A DNA stretch of 64,000 nt from an uncultured Phycisphaerales bacterium (GCA_963772725.1 CAVYYI010000001.1:768001-832000); one strand, 5' to 3'; counted from the stretch's first letter, positions 27,201-38,538 are shown. Notes: generated by a model from the sequence alone, not told the origin. Translations and numbers: made by a program.

Positions 27201-28237
27201 TTATAAAGACAACAAAAGTTATCTCAGGTCACGCCGATTTACATCCAGATATCGAAGTTGAGACGCTTATAGATGAGAGTATGATTGAAAAATATAAGCG
27301 TAATTCGCTAAAATTTCGGTTTTACGTTGGTGATTCAGAACCGAAATATAATTACAATAAATATGGTCTCACGCTTTCTGGATGGTCGTGGTGTTTTTCC
27401 GTAAATGGTTTATCTCAGTCATCGACAATGGTTTTTCCTGGAAAAGATGTAACAAACATAGAGCCAAGAAAACAGGGTAATTTTATCGGTTCTGATATGG
27501 TTTTGCTCTCATTTGAAACATCTGACCTCACTGCCGTATATGAACACAAGATTATTTTGAGGAAAAAAGATAAGGTCAAGAGTAAGATTTTGACAAGTGT
27601 GTATGTAATTTCTTTGCCTGCGGAGTCGAATGAATGTAAGGAACTGCTAACTGCGGATGCAAATGGAGCAAAGATGCTTGATTCGGTTAAGGTGGAGCAA
27701 TTACTGAAACGGCCTAATGTTAAGATTATTGCCAAGCAAGGAATAGCGACCTTCGATGGTGCTGAAGATATGTTACGAATCAGCGGAGAGGAGATAAAAT
27801 ATATCAGCGGTTATGCGGAGTCCAATGAGCCGAATGGTGAACCAAGGGCTGTTTATGATTCTGTTATGAAAGGTAATGCCATGTCCTTAAAAGTGACAGG
27901 CGCAATAAAGCCCAAAGATGTGATTTTGTTGAATATTAATCTCTCGATGCGGGATATGTATGGCTTTAAAGATTTTATGTATAAGGACAAATATCCATAT
28001 CAGGTGCCATCTTTAGGAACAATGGATATTGCCAGCAGAGTTGCGGTAAGAAGCGGCCAGACAATTGTCTTGAGCGGGCAGGGGCTTCCTGACGAACCTA
28101 AGGGGAAAACGCGATTAATCCTGGTTAAGGCGGAAAAAGTTCTTGAACAACCGGTGCGATAAGGCGAATCTACCATTCTCAATTAACTGGTTATTTGACG
28201 GTTGACAATTGGTGGTTCATTTCAGATAATTGCCGCA

Positions 28238-29845
28238 ATGGTTTTTACACTGCATAGATACATATTTAGGGAGTTGATGAAAATTTTCGTCCTCACGGCG
28301 GTAGCGTTGACGCTGATGCTTAGCCTCGGCAGCGTTATTCATCCTGTACAGGAATATGGTGTTGGTCCCTGGCAGGTGATTCACCTTATAGGTTATTCCA
28401 TGCCTATAACGCTAACGTTCATATTGCCTATGGCGGCGTTATTCGCGGCAGCACTGGTTTATGGAAGACTGGCCGGTGATAATGAACTCAACGCCTGCAG
28501 AGCAAGCGGAATAGGTATGTGGACGCTGGTATATCCGGGTCTAACACTGGCGATTATGGTGGCGATAGCAAACCTTATTCTTAGCTTTTATGTTATGCCC
28601 GCTTTTGTTCAGCGTGGGGAAAAATTTATAAAAGCCGATGCCGAGCAGGTAATTTTCCGTAATATCCAGCGCAACGGCTATTATAAATCCGTAGATAGCA
28701 GGTTCGTTGTTTATGCTGATAATGCGGACCTTGACACCATACGCTTTCGAGCGTAGTTATAACACAAATTAAAAACGGCGCAATTCTGAAGGTAATCGGT
28801 GCCGAGCAGGCGAAGGTACAGTTTACCGGCAACAGGGTAGAAATAATTGCTTATAACACCTGCGAAATCGGCATTGAAGGCGATGTGGCATCAGCTCAAA
28901 TATTGCCTATAGGGGCAGAGTTTGTGTCCCTGATGGGCGATAAAATCAAATTCAAAAAAATAAGCAAGATGAAACAGATTGAAGCTAATCCACTTTTGTT
29001 TGGCCCAGTAGAGAAACTTGCAAGGAACGTTTACAGCCAGTTTACAGGAGAATTACTGGCACAGGACATCATTTCGAAAACAGCCTCTGAGCCGAATGGA
29101 TTTTATAAGCTCACAAGCGGAGGTAAACCTGTCGCGTTTGCCGCAACCAGGGTTTTGGCGGGAACAGATAAGAAAGTTGACCTGTCAGGGAAAATAATTG
29201 TTGTTGATGGAACCAGGCAGCCTGAACGCACTATGATATGCACAAAGGGAATTATCTATATTGACGGGGATGAATTCGCCCCTACTTTGAAAATGGAACT
29301 TTATAACGCCCAATACAAGGGAACCGATGGTGTGGAAAGGCTCGAACACAGGCCTGTCATATCTAACCTGCTTCTTCCGAAAGGAGTAAAAAGTAAGCTC
29401 GCCGGCTCAGGCGACAACTCCAATGCAATCAGCAGTGAGGATATTTTGGCCGCAATCAGGCCAGAGGCAATTTCATCGGCATTGCATAAAAAAGGCAGCA
29501 AAAGGCTTGTGGATTTGCAAAACAACCTGGAAGGAGAGCTGCATGATTTAATGGGTAATATAAAGGCAGAAATACATTCAAGGCTGGTATTCGGGACCGG
29601 ATGTATTCTGGTTGTAATGATTGGCATAGGGCTCGGTATACTCAAAAAGGGTGGGCATTTGCTGAGTGCTTTTGTGCACAAGCGCGATACCAGCGGCGAT
29701 TCTTATAGTCTGCATTATGATGGGTAAGAACATAACTACCAGCTCTACGTCGCGGGTTGCTTTGGGATTGACCCTTATGTGGTCAGGTTTGGTTATATTA
29801 TCAATTGTTATGTTTGTTATATATAGGCGATTACTGAGAAACTGA
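28238..29845 (+). CDS. lptF: LptF/LptG-family permease, frameshifted near 28740 and 29680
   Basis: LHRYIFREL, GRLAGDNELNACRASG, EIHSRL; adjacent to a second LptF/G paralogue. Confidence 0.8.
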
Positions 29846-29874
29846 TTAACGGCTTCAGCATTTGTTAAAACTTT

Positions 29875-30975
29875 ATGAAGATACTTGATAAATATGTGAC
29901 CAGGAGTTTTCTGATTGGGTATGCAATTGCCTTTTGTGTTCTGATAGGTCTGAGAGTAATCATCGACTTATTTATAAACCTCGATGAGTTCGCCGAGCAT
30001 GCCAATATCGGTTTTTTTGCAATAGTTAAAAATATACTTGTGTTTTATGGTTTGAACGCAACGCTTTATTTCCGTGATTTCGCCGGTATGATAACCGTGG
30101 TGGCGGCGGCATTTTCGTTAGGTAAAATGGTCAGGAACAATGAGCTTGTGGCGATGATGGCTTCCGGCATAAGCCTTAAAAGGGTAATAGCTCCAATAAT
30201 TCTGCTGTCGATGATTTCGGCAGGTTTGCTGGTTATAGACCAGGAATTTATCATACCACCGCTTGCGCCGCAGCTTGTTCGCAGTAAAGATACACTTCCG
30301 GGGCAGGAATCATATAATGTGCGGGGTATTATTGACGCCAGCGGCTCACTTATTTGTACACAGAAATTCGATATGCCCACAGTGACAATGAAAAATCCGA
30401 CTATCGTACTTCGGCGTCAGAAACCAAACTCACTGGTTTGGGATTTTATCGGGCGGATAGACGCGGAAGAAGCTGTCTATAATTTTAAGACAAACAGATG
30501 GGACCTCAAAGGAGGCTTGTTTACAGGCATAGACCCGGACAAAGGCCGACAGCGAATGGCTTTTTATCAGAGCGATATTACGCCTCATGATATACCGATT
30601 CGCATTAATTCTGACAATAAAACACTTCTGAGTTCGTGGCAGTTGTCGGTACTTGCGCAGCAGGGGACAAAAATCAAGGATATGGCACAGCTTTACAGCC
30701 AGAAGCACTTTCGTATTACGGACCCGATTATAAGTATGGTTATGCTTCTGATAAGTCTTCCTGTGCTTGTCTGCCGTGACCCAAAGGCCATGAAATCTGC
30801 GGTTATGATAAGTTTTGGCTTAACTGGTGCGTGTTTCCTTATTAATTTTGTCTGCAAATTATTCGCCACGGAAGTGATATTCCAAAACAGAATAATCCCG
30901 GAACTATGGGCATGGCTGCCTGTCATTCTCTTTTTACCCATTGCGATAGTTGAATTCGATTCAATGAAAACCTAA
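29875..30975 (+). CDS. lptG: LptF/LptG-family permease
   Basis: ILDKYV, NNELVAMMASGISL, AWLP near the C-terminus. Confidence 0.85.
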   Translation: MKILDKYVTRSFLIGYAIAFCVLIGLRVIIDLFINLDEFAEHANIGFFAIVKNILVFYGLNATLYFRDFAGMITVVAAAFSLGKMVRNNELVAMMASGISLKRVIAPIILLSMISAGLLVIDQEFIIPPLAPQLVRSKDTLPGQESYNVRGIIDASGSLICTQKFDMPTVTMKNPTIVLRRQKPNSLVWDFIGRIDAEEAVYNFKTNRWDLKGGLFTGIDPDKGRQRMAFYQSDITPHDIPIRINSDNKTLLSSWQLSVLAQQGTKIKDMAQLYSQKHFRITDPIISMVMLLISLPVLVCRDPKAMKSAVMISFGLTGACFLINFVCKLFATEVIFQNRIIPELWAWLPVILFLPIAIVEFDSMKT

Positions 30976-31008
30976 ATGGCAGGCATTCATAATCTGACCG
31001 CGGAAGAC

Positions 31009-32241
31009 TCAAAATTCTCTCGTTGTTACCGCCACTTCAAATGCCTTGCCGCGCTTGACTCTTCGCACAAGGAATTCGATATTACCCTGCTTGTAACTAT
31101 CGCCTGGTTTGGGTATATGTCCCAGCCGATTACCAAGCCAGGTCGCAAGGGTTTCCTGTGAAGGCGGCACATCAAGCTGAATCTGACGCGTAAGTTCTGT
31201 CATCATGACCCCGCCTCCGACCATCCACGTTCCGCCGCTAAGTGTATGAAACATTTTGGGCAGGCGGTCAAACTCATCTTCAAGTTCACCGACAAGTTCT
31301 TCAACCAGGTCTTCGAGTGTTACCAGTCCCAGCGTAACACCTTTGGCGTCTTTGACAATCGCTATATGGACGTGCTGCTCAACGAAAAGTCTTAGTAAAT
31401 TGGCCGCACTGTCCTCTGGTGATACAAACTGCACAGGTCTTATTATCCCCCTGAAATTCGGCTCATTTGGATTGGTACGCATAAAATAGACCATTTCCTT
31501 AAAATTTACATAGCCGAGAACTTTATCAGGGTCGTCACTTTCACATACAGGAAAACGCGTATGAGTATCAATATGTGCAGCGATAAGGGCTTCCATAAGA
31601 GTTTTCGATGCCGATAAAAACGAAATCTGCTGCACCGGTATCATAACCTGTCTTGCGGATAATCCTGATAATCGCGATGCCCCTTTAATAATGCGTTCCT
31701 GGTGTGAGCCAATTTGATTTGTCAATCTTGCCAGACCCGCAAGAGCAGATATTTCCTCTATCGTTGAGGTAGCGGCTGTTTTATCATATTTTAAGCCAAA
31801 AGGCTTATTGAGCCATTGTACAAGTTTAAGAATCGGTTCAAATACAGGGATAGATGAATTTAACGGCCAAGCTATGATTTTTGCCAGCTGCCGGTTAAAC
31901 CTCACACCAAGTGTCTTAGGAAGAATCTCAGTAAACTGTATCATCAAAAATGTAAAAATCAGAGAAAAGACCCAAATCCACTTTTCTCCAAAGATATGGT
32001 TAAACTGCGAACCGGCTATTGCTGCGCCAATTGTGTGAGCAGAGGTGTTTAATATAAGAATGACGGCGATAGGCCTTTCGATGCGTGCCTTGAAATCCTG
32101 CCATAAAGCCCCGAGTTTGGGTCTTTTCAGGGAAATAGCGGCTATCTGACTGGGCGTAAGGCTAAGCAGCGTCGCCTCAGCAAGAGAACAAAGAAACGAT
32201 ACCATAAGCGCCACCAATACACTACCAATAAAAAGAGCCAT
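31009..32241 (-). CDS. CNNM/CBS/CorC-HlyC domain membrane protein
   Basis: SFLCSLAEA, EILPKTL, HTRFPV, GLVTLEDLVEELVGE. Confidence 0.9.
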   Translation of the reverse strand: MALFIGSVLVALMVSFLCSLAEATLLSLTPSQIAAISLKRPKLGALWQDFKARIERPIAVILILNTSAHTIGAAIAGSQFNHIFGEKWIWVFSLIFTFLMIQFTEILPKTLGVRFNRQLAKIIAWPLNSSIPVFEPILKLVQWLNKPFGLKYDKTAATSTIEEISALAGLARLTNQIGSHQERIIKGASRLSGLSARQVMIPVQQISFLSASKTLMEALIAAHIDTHTRFPVCESDDPDKVLGYVNFKEMVYFMRTNPNEPNFRGIIRPVQFVSPEDSAANLLRLFVEQHVHIAIVKDAKGVTLGLVTLEDLVEELVGELEDEFDRLPKMFHTLSGGTWMVGGGVMMTELTRQIQLDVPPSQETLATWLGNRLGHIPKPGDSYKQGNIEFLVRRVKRGKAFEVAVTTREF

Positions 32242-32275
32242 TTAATTTCTCCATAAAATATATTGCAGTTTATAA

Positions 32276-33586
32276 TTATTGCTGCTGTTTAATTTTTTCC
32301 CTGATTTCCTTGTTTGTCCTGACGCTGCACCACTGTTTGCCGCACATAGTGCAGTAATCAGCGGAAATAAACTCGTGGGCATTGATTTCCTTACAGGCTT
32401 GTTTATGCATTTTCTCTGCGGTTCCGGGGTCGATGGATTCAGCCAGATGTGTTTTCCAATCGAGGTTCGCACGGGCGATGCTTAGTTTCCTATCGCGTTC
32501 AGCGGCACCTTTTAAGCCCCTTGCTACATCGGCGGCGTGAGCGGCAATCTTTGCGGTAACTACGCCGGCGCGAACATCATCCTCGTTGGGAAGACCTAAA
32601 TGTTCTCTGGGGGTAACATAACATAAAAACGAAGCACCGTAAAACGCGGCGGCTGTCCCTCCTATGGCCGATGTGATATGGTCGTAGCCCGGCGCGATGT
32701 CCGTTACCAATGGGCCAAGAACATAGAACGGAGCCCCGTGACATATTTCTTTTTGAATTTCCATATTATACTGAATCTGATTGAACGGAACATGGCCGGG
32801 TCCTTCGACCATAACCTGGCAGCCTTTCTCCTGCGCCCGCTGAGTAAGTTCACCGAGTGTCCGCAGTTCGGCAAGTTGAGCTTCATCGGTGGCATCCGCG
32901 ATAGCACCGGGCCGTAACCCGTCGCCGAGCGAAAAACAAATGTCATATTCAGACATTATATCGCACAGGTCGTCGAACATTTCATACATCGGGTTCTGCT
33001 TATTATGATAAAGCATCCATTTTGCCAATAATGCTCCGCCGCGGCTGACAATGCCTGCAACGCGATTTTTCAGTAATGGCAAATGTTCTTTGAGAAGGCC
33101 GGCGTGAATTGTAAAAAAGTCAACACCCTGTGCGGCCTGCTTTTCGATGACTTCGCGGATTGCCTTTTCATTGATGTCTTCGACGTTTCTGTCTATGATG
33201 ACTTCGTAAATCGGCACAGTGCCGAATGGAACAGGACACTTTGCGAGAAGTTTTTTTCGGGTTTCATCGAGGTCGCCGCCGGTGCTTAAATCCATAATAG
33301 CATCAGCGCCAGCCGCAAGGGCGGTCTTCATTTTTTTAATCTCGCTTCGTATAGTCGAACGAATACTGCTTGTACCGATATTCGCGTTTATTTTCGTTGT
33401 CAGGATTCGCCCTATACCACACGGCTTAAGATTGGTTTTAAGATGCAGCTTATTTGCGGGTATAACCAGTCTGCCTGCCGCCAGTTCTTCACGGACCGAT
33501 TCAGGGGTAACGTTCTCTATCTGAGCGACGAATTTAGCTTCATCGGATATTACGCCTGTTCGTGCAATTTGTAATTGTGTTGCCAT
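32276..33586 (-). CDS. thiC: Phosphomethylpyrimidine synthase
   Basis: KINANIG, MDLSTGG, VSRGG, EGPGH, CYVTPREH, CTMCG..C. Confidence 0.97.
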   Translation of the reverse strand: MATQLQIARTGVISDEAKFVAQIENVTPESVREELAAGRLVIPANKLHLKTNLKPCGIGRILTTKINANIGTSSIRSTIRSEIKKMKTALAAGADAIMDLSTGGDLDETRKKLLAKCPVPFGTVPIYEVIIDRNVEDINEKAIREVIEKQAAQGVDFFTIHAGLLKEHLPLLKNRVAGIVSRGGALLAKWMLYHNKQNPMYEMFDDLCDIMSEYDICFSLGDGLRPGAIADATDEAQLAELRTLGELTQRAQEKGCQVMVEGPGHVPFNQIQYNMEIQKEICHGAPFYVLGPLVTDIAPGYDHITSAIGGTAAAFYGASFLCYVTPREHLGLPNEDDVRAGVVTAKIAAHAADVARGLKGAAERDRKLSIARANLDWKTHLAESIDPGTAEKMHKQACKEINAHEFISADYCTMCGKQWCSVRTNKEIREKIKQQQ

Positions 33587-33689
33587 TTTATCTATTCCTT
33601 TTAAGAACTCACCACTAAGACACGAAGGCACGAAGTTTTTAATATTATTTATTTTTTATTAATGCTTCCGCATCTTCGCAGTTAAAAAC

Positions 33690-33718
33690 AAAAAATCGCT
33701 CCTGTGAGGAAGCGATTT
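33690..33718 (-). terminator. Putative riboswitch-controlled intrinsic terminator
   Basis: AAATCGCT..AGCGATTT hairpin followed by a T-tract on the minus strand, between aptamer and thiC. Confidence 0.6.
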
Positions 33719-33748
33719 GATTTCAAAAATATCTGTGAAATTTAATAT

Positions 33749-33845
33749 CACTTTCCTACGCAGGCAATTTCGCCTCACTGGCGACCGTCCTGTTCAGGTT
33801 CAGAGGGTTTTTCTCAGATTCGCCTTCTGCGAACCACCCCTAGTG
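33749..33845 (-). ncRNA. TPP riboswitch
   Basis: Minus strand CACTAGGGG..CTGAGA..ACCC..GAACCTGA..CCTGCGTAGGAAAGTG upstream of thiC. Confidence 0.92.
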
Positions 33846-33899
33846 AACAAAAACATTATAGCATTTTCTTGTTTTATGTCAATAATGCCTGATAAAAAA

Positions 33900-34967
33900 C
33901 TAAAAACAATAAGGACATTCGTTAGTCAGGATTTCACAGCCGGTGGAAGTTACTAAGATATCGTCTTCGATTCTGATGCCGAGTTTACCGGGGATATAGA
34001 CGCCCGGTTCGATGGTGATTACCATACCAGCCTGTAATTTTCCTTTGCTTTTGCGCGAAATGATAGGAGCCTCGTGAATCTCAAGCCCCAGGCCATGTCC
34101 TGTACCGTGGCCGTAAACCGGTAAATTATTTTCACTGATAATTTTTCTTGCGGCTGAATCGACCGCGGAAATTTCAACACCATCTTTTACCAATTTTATA
34201 GCGGCGGCCTGTGCCTGCTTAACAGCATCGTAAACCTTCCTGTAAAAGGGGGATGGCTTGCCGATAGTTATGCACCTTGTTATATCGCAGCAAAGGCCAT
34301 TATATTTGGCACCAAAATCAAAAAGAATAGTATCGTTTTTTTTCAGTTTCATACCGCCGGGCTTATGATGTGGACGCGAGGCATTTGCGCCAAAAGCGAC
34401 AATAGTATCAAAGCTATTCACGGCGCCGGCACTGCGGATTTGAAAATCAAGCATACCGGCCAATTGATTTTCGGTTATGCCGGTTTTTATAAATTTTACA
34501 GTCTTAGCCAATGCCTCTGCAGCGATTTGGGCGGCGGTTTTTATGGCAGCGATTTCGGCAGGGGACTTGCATGTACGGACGTTTTCAACAATGTCCGCAA
34601 CTGATTTAAGTCGGACTTTCAGTTTTTTCTTTAGGTTTTCGAAGACTGCTATTGATGCCGAATTTTCAACAGCCGCAACGCAGATGGATTTTTGCTTACC
34701 GATTAATTTGCAAACCTCTTTGGGGAGCGTGTCTTTACGCTCGATTATTTTACAGTTCTTGCATTCGCCTTTCGCTTGTTCGGTGTACCTGCTGTCGGTC
34801 AATAGATACACGTTCGTAGGAGTAATAAGAGTCCAACTGTCGTCGCCTGAGAAACCTGTTGTATATGTTACATTGGCCGGCTTGGTTAGTATAAGGCAGT
34901 CAAATTTTTCAATTTTTAACTGCCGCCTGATTTTTTGAATCGCGATATTTTTCCTGTTTGTTTTCAT
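33900..34967 (-). CDS. Xaa-Pro aminopeptidase (M24B)
   Basis: TDSRY, DFGA..DITR, HGTGHGLGLEIHE, TIEPGVY..GIRIEDD. Confidence 0.93.
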   Translation of the reverse strand: MKTNRKNIAIQKIRRQLKIEKFDCLILTKPANVTYTTGFSGDDSWTLITPTNVYLLTDSRYTEQAKGECKNCKIIERKDTLPKEVCKLIGKQKSICVAAVENSASIAVFENLKKKLKVRLKSVADIVENVRTCKSPAEIAAIKTAAQIAAEALAKTVKFIKTGITENQLAGMLDFQIRSAGAVNSFDTIVAFGANASRPHHKPGGMKLKKNDTILFDFGAKYNGLCCDITRCITIGKPSPFYRKVYDAVKQAQAAAIKLVKDGVEISAVDSAARKIISENNLPVYGHGTGHGLGLEIHEAPIISRKSKGKLQAGMVITIEPGVYIPGKLGIRIEDDILVTSTGCEILTNECPYCF

Positions 34968-34970
34968 CAG

Positions 34971-36767
34971 TTATGTTTTCTTAATATCAAGTTTACGCCA
35001 GACTGTAAAGAGTAATACGGATGAAGCAATAGCTAAGAGAGTCCAGATAATCGCGAGGGTATAATTGGCATAGAGCCAGTAGCCTGTTCCGAACAGGGCG
35101 CTGTAAACGGCGACGCAGCCTAATAACATACATAAAATCCCCAAAGGCACATCCCATTTGGCATTAACTTCGCCTGCCCAGTCTCCTTCCGCCCTGGCAC
35201 GGAGAAGTACGTATTTCCAGCCTGGTCCGCCGGGCCTGGCGACCTTATAAAAACTGCGGAGCGTTTTTTGGTCTGTCGGCTTTGTGAGAAAAGTAACGAT
35301 GAGCCAGCCTGCGGTGGTGATGGCGACACCGATGATCAATTTCAGCCATCCCGGCACCGGTGTCAGGCCGATATGGGTGTGAATAAATTCAAAATAAAAT
35401 GCGACAAGAAAAGAGATAACCATCGCGGCAATTTCACTAAAAGCGTTGATTCGCCACCAGAACCACCGCAGGATAAACAATAAGCCGGTGCCTGCGCCGA
35501 TTTGAAGCATAAGGTCAAATGCCCGTTTGGCGTTTTCGAGCAGGGGGGCGAGCAAACAAGCCGCAACCATTAAAAGGGCGGTTGAAATCCTGCCCACGAG
35601 TACAAGTTCCTTTTCGGAAGCGCTGGGCTTTATGAACCGCTTGTAACAATCGTTGACCACATAAGATGAACCCCAGTTGAGATGTGTGGAAATTGTTGAC
35701 ATATACGCGGCGATGAGCGACGCGACGACAAGGCCAAACCAGCCCGCCGGCAGCAGGGTCAGCATCGCCGGATAAGCCAGGTCGTTGCGAATAATTGCCG
35801 GGTCAACGTGCGGAAAGGCCGCCTTTAACGAGTCGAGATTCGGATAGACGAGCATCGAGCAAAGAGCGACGATAATCCACGGCCAGGGACGCAGGGCGTA
35901 ATGACACGCGTTAAACAGGAGTGTCGCGCCGACAGCGTGCTTTTCGTTTTTGGCGGCGAGCATCCGCTGAACAAGATAACCGCCGCCGCCCGGTTCGGCA
36001 CCGGGATACCATACGCTCCACCACTGCACCGCAAGAGGAATTATCAGAACCGAAACAAGCAGGTCGGTATTTGAGAAATCCGGAAGGATACTTATCTTCG
36101 ATGCGATGTCCGTATGAGAAAGCAGGTTGGCCAGTCCGCCTACCGATGGCTGTCTAAGCGAAATTATTGCTGCTGCGACTGAGCCGAGCATCGCAACGCC
36201 AAACTGGAAAAAATCAGTCCACAAAACGCCACTGAGTCCCCCGACCATACTGTAAAGCACGGTGATGACGGCAGCGATTGTAACCGTTTGAGCAGGCTTA
36301 AGATTGAGCATAACACTGCCGATTTTTATCGCGGCCAGAGTAACAGATGCCATAATAACGATATTGAAAAACACACCGAGATAAATCGCCCTGAACCCCC
36401 GTAAAAAAGCGGCAGGGGCAGCACTGTAGCGAAGCTCGTAAAATTCGATGTCGGTCATAATGCCGAGTCGCCGCCATAATTTAGCATAGACAAAAACGGT
36501 AAGCATACCGGTCAGAAGAAATGCCCACCATGCCCAGTTGCCGGCGACGCCGTCCTGACGAACCATATCGGTAACAAGATTGGGAGTATCCGTTGAAAAC
36601 GTCGTGGCAACCATCGAGATGCCGAGCAGCCACCATGGCATATTTCGCCCGGAAAGAAAAAATTCAGACGAGCTTGCCCCTGCTCTTTTTGAGACAACAA
36701 GACCTATAATTACTGATAAAACGAAGAAAACGAAAATGGATATCCAGTCGGCAAATACTAAATTCAT
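34971..36767 (-). CDS. Sodium:solute symporter family protein
   Basis: FFLSGRNMPWW, SMVATTF, WTDFFQ, QRMLAAK, AAYMST; many TMs. Confidence 0.92.
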   Translation of the reverse strand: MNLVFADWISIFVFFVLSVIIGLVVSKRAGASSSEFFLSGRNMPWWLLGISMVATTFSTDTPNLVTDMVRQDGVAGNWAWWAFLLTGMLTVFVYAKLWRRLGIMTDIEFYELRYSAAPAAFLRGFRAIYLGVFFNIVIMASVTLAAIKIGSVMLNLKPAQTVTIAAVITVLYSMVGGLSGVLWTDFFQFGVAMLGSVAAAIISLRQPSVGGLANLLSHTDIASKISILPDFSNTDLLVSVLIIPLAVQWWSVWYPGAEPGGGGYLVQRMLAAKNEKHAVGATLLFNACHYALRPWPWIIVALCSMLVYPNLDSLKAAFPHVDPAIIRNDLAYPAMLTLLPAGWFGLVVASLIAAYMSTISTHLNWGSSYVVNDCYKRFIKPSASEKELVLVGRISTALLMVAACLLAPLLENAKRAFDLMLQIGAGTGLLFILRWFWWRINAFSEIAAMVISFLVAFYFEFIHTHIGLTPVPGWLKLIIGVAITTAGWLIVTFLTKPTDQKTLRSFYKVARPGGPGWKYVLLRARAEGDWAGEVNAKWDVPLGILCMLLGCVAVYSALFGTGYWLYANYTLAIIWTLLAIASSVLLFTVWRKLDIKKT

Positions 36768-36924
36768 AAAACATCCCTGTAAAAAACTTTAAAACCAATC
36801 CTTCGGTAAAATGTTACAATACAATATCATATCTGAATATGTAGTTTTCATCAAGCGGCAAAAAAATAACCCCCGGCGAACCAGGGGTTAAATAATAAAC
36901 AAATACCTTTTGCAGCCAATGATG

Positions 36925-37164
36925 TTATTTGGCGGGGGATGCCGGTGTATTAGTAGATGTTGGTGCATTAGGTGCAACCGGTGCTGGAGCGGGTGCCGGC
37001 TTTGCGGCAGGCGCAGTCGTGGGAGCAGGAACATTTACCTCAGTTTTCGGCGGGGCAGGAGGGACAGGTGTCTCTTTTTTCTTGCACCCGTCAAGTACGA
37101 GCAGACCCGCAATCAGCATAGCTAACAGCAGTACCATTGCCCTTTTTGTTGTTTTGACTTTCAT
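36925..37164 (-). CDS. Small Pro/Ala-rich lipoprotein
   Basis: Signal peptide ending LDGC-KKK; followed by TAACCCC..GGGGTTA terminator-like hairpin (about 36866-36890). Confidence 0.7.
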   Translation of the reverse strand: MKVKTTKRAMVLLLAMLIAGLLVLDGCKKKETPVPPAPPKTEVNVPAPTTAPAAKPAPAPAPVAPNAPTSTNTPASPAK

Positions 37165-37350
37165 ACTTTTTCCCTTTCAAAAATATATGTTTCAATCTTT
37201 TATGTTATATGTTTGAAATTTATACAATAAAATTATATTCACTTGTAAAATAATGGCAAGAATATTATAAAAATAATCTAATTTTAATCGGAATTCGCAC
37301 CAGAAATTTGGGATTGACGGAAGGGGGGGTACAGGGTAACATTTTGGTCT

Positions 37351-38460
37351 ATGAAAAACATTTTAGCAGACAGAACGGCTCTGGTGGATGCCAGCGGGAT
37401 ACGCAAGGTTTTTGCCCTCGCGGCGACAATGGAAGATCCCGTGAATTTTTCCATTGGTCAGCCTGACTATGATGTGCCGGCGGCATTGAGGGATGAGGCT
37501 ATAAAAGCCATTGAGACAGGCAAAAACAGGTATTCGCAGACCGCGGGACTGGAACTGCTGCAGAAAAAAATTGCGGCACAGGTCGAAAATGAATTCGGAT
37601 GGAAAAATCCCGCGACTCTTGTTACAAGCGGGGTAAGCGGCGCTTTATTGCTGGCGTTTATGGCGACGGTTAACCCCGGCGACGAAGTGATTATCCCAGA
37701 CCCGTATTTTGTGATGTATAAGCACCTCGTGAACCTCTTTGGCGGCAGATGCGTTTTTGTTGACAGCTATCCTGATTTTGAGCTGCCGGTCGAAAAAATT
37801 GCTGCCGCTATAACCCAAAAAACCAAAATGATAATTATCAATTCGCCGTGTAATCCGACAGGCAGGGTCTATTCACTTGAACATATAAAGGCAATTGCCA
37901 AAGTTGCCGCGGAAAATGACATTCTTATAATATCAGATGAAATATATAAGGATTTTTGCTATGACAGTACCTGTCCCAGCGTTGCGAGTTATTATGATAA
38001 AATCCTTCTTACGCGTGGTTTCAGCAAGAGTTACGCCATGACAGGTTGGCGTCTCGGATATGCGGCAGTGCCGCACAGCCTTTCAGAACTTATTGAGCAG
38101 ATGACAAAACTGCAGCAATATACTTTTGTTTGTGCGCCGACACCATTTCAGCAGGCCGCGATTGCGGCAATGGATTATGATGTATCCAAATATGTGGCCG
38201 CCTATAAAACAAAAAGAAATCTCCTTTATGAAGGCCTGAAGGGTAAATTCGATATAGTTAAACCGGGCGGTGCTTTTTATGCATTTGTAAAGGTGCGGAA
38301 CGGTTCTGCGACAAAATTTGTTCAAAAAGCCATCGAAAACAATGTTCTAATCATACCGGGCAATGTTTTCAGCGAAAAAGACACGCATTTTAGAATCAGC
38401 TACGCTACGAGCGACGAAAAAATCCAGCAAGGGGTTAAAATCCTTTGCAGCCTTGCTTAA
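37351..38460 (+). CDS. Class I/II PLP-dependent aminotransferase
   Basis: IGQPD, NSPCNPTG, SDEIY, GFSKSYAMTGWRLG, GAFY, RISY. Confidence 0.93.
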   Translation: MKNILADRTALVDASGIRKVFALAATMEDPVNFSIGQPDYDVPAALRDEAIKAIETGKNRYSQTAGLELLQKKIAAQVENEFGWKNPATLVTSGVSGALLLAFMATVNPGDEVIIPDPYFVMYKHLVNLFGGRCVFVDSYPDFELPVEKIAAAITQKTKMIIINSPCNPTGRVYSLEHIKAIAKVAAENDILIISDEIYKDFCYDSTCPSVASYYDKILLTRGFSKSYAMTGWRLGYAAVPHSLSELIEQMTKLQQYTFVCAPTPFQQAAIAAMDYDVSKYVAAYKTKRNLLYEGLKGKFDIVKPGGAFYAFVKVRNGSATKFVQKAIENNVLIIPGNVFSEKDTHFRISYATSDEKIQQGVKILCSLA

Positions 38461-38510
38461 ATTTTGCATTTTAAACTTTGATTTTTAAACTTTAAATCAG
38501 CCCCCTATTG

Positions 38511-38538
38511 ACGTCCCATAATATATGTTATGTTTCAC
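38511..38538 (+). other. dif-like XerC/XerD site (attL)
   Basis: ACGTCCCATAA-TATATG-TTATGTTTCAC: 11-6-11 layout with CATAA and TTATG inner motifs as in E. coli dif. Confidence 0.85.

Larger units (their letters stand above)
22741..28162 (+). pseudogene. BlaR1/M56 peptidase multi-domain sensor; IS inserted in codon 5, further frameshift near 25780
   Basis: Removing the IS gives MIALENIFSQEIVQRLGWTLVHFIWQG; AHELVH (HExxH), ERENCCD; downstream SecDF-head-like and secretin-like segments. Confidence 0.85.
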
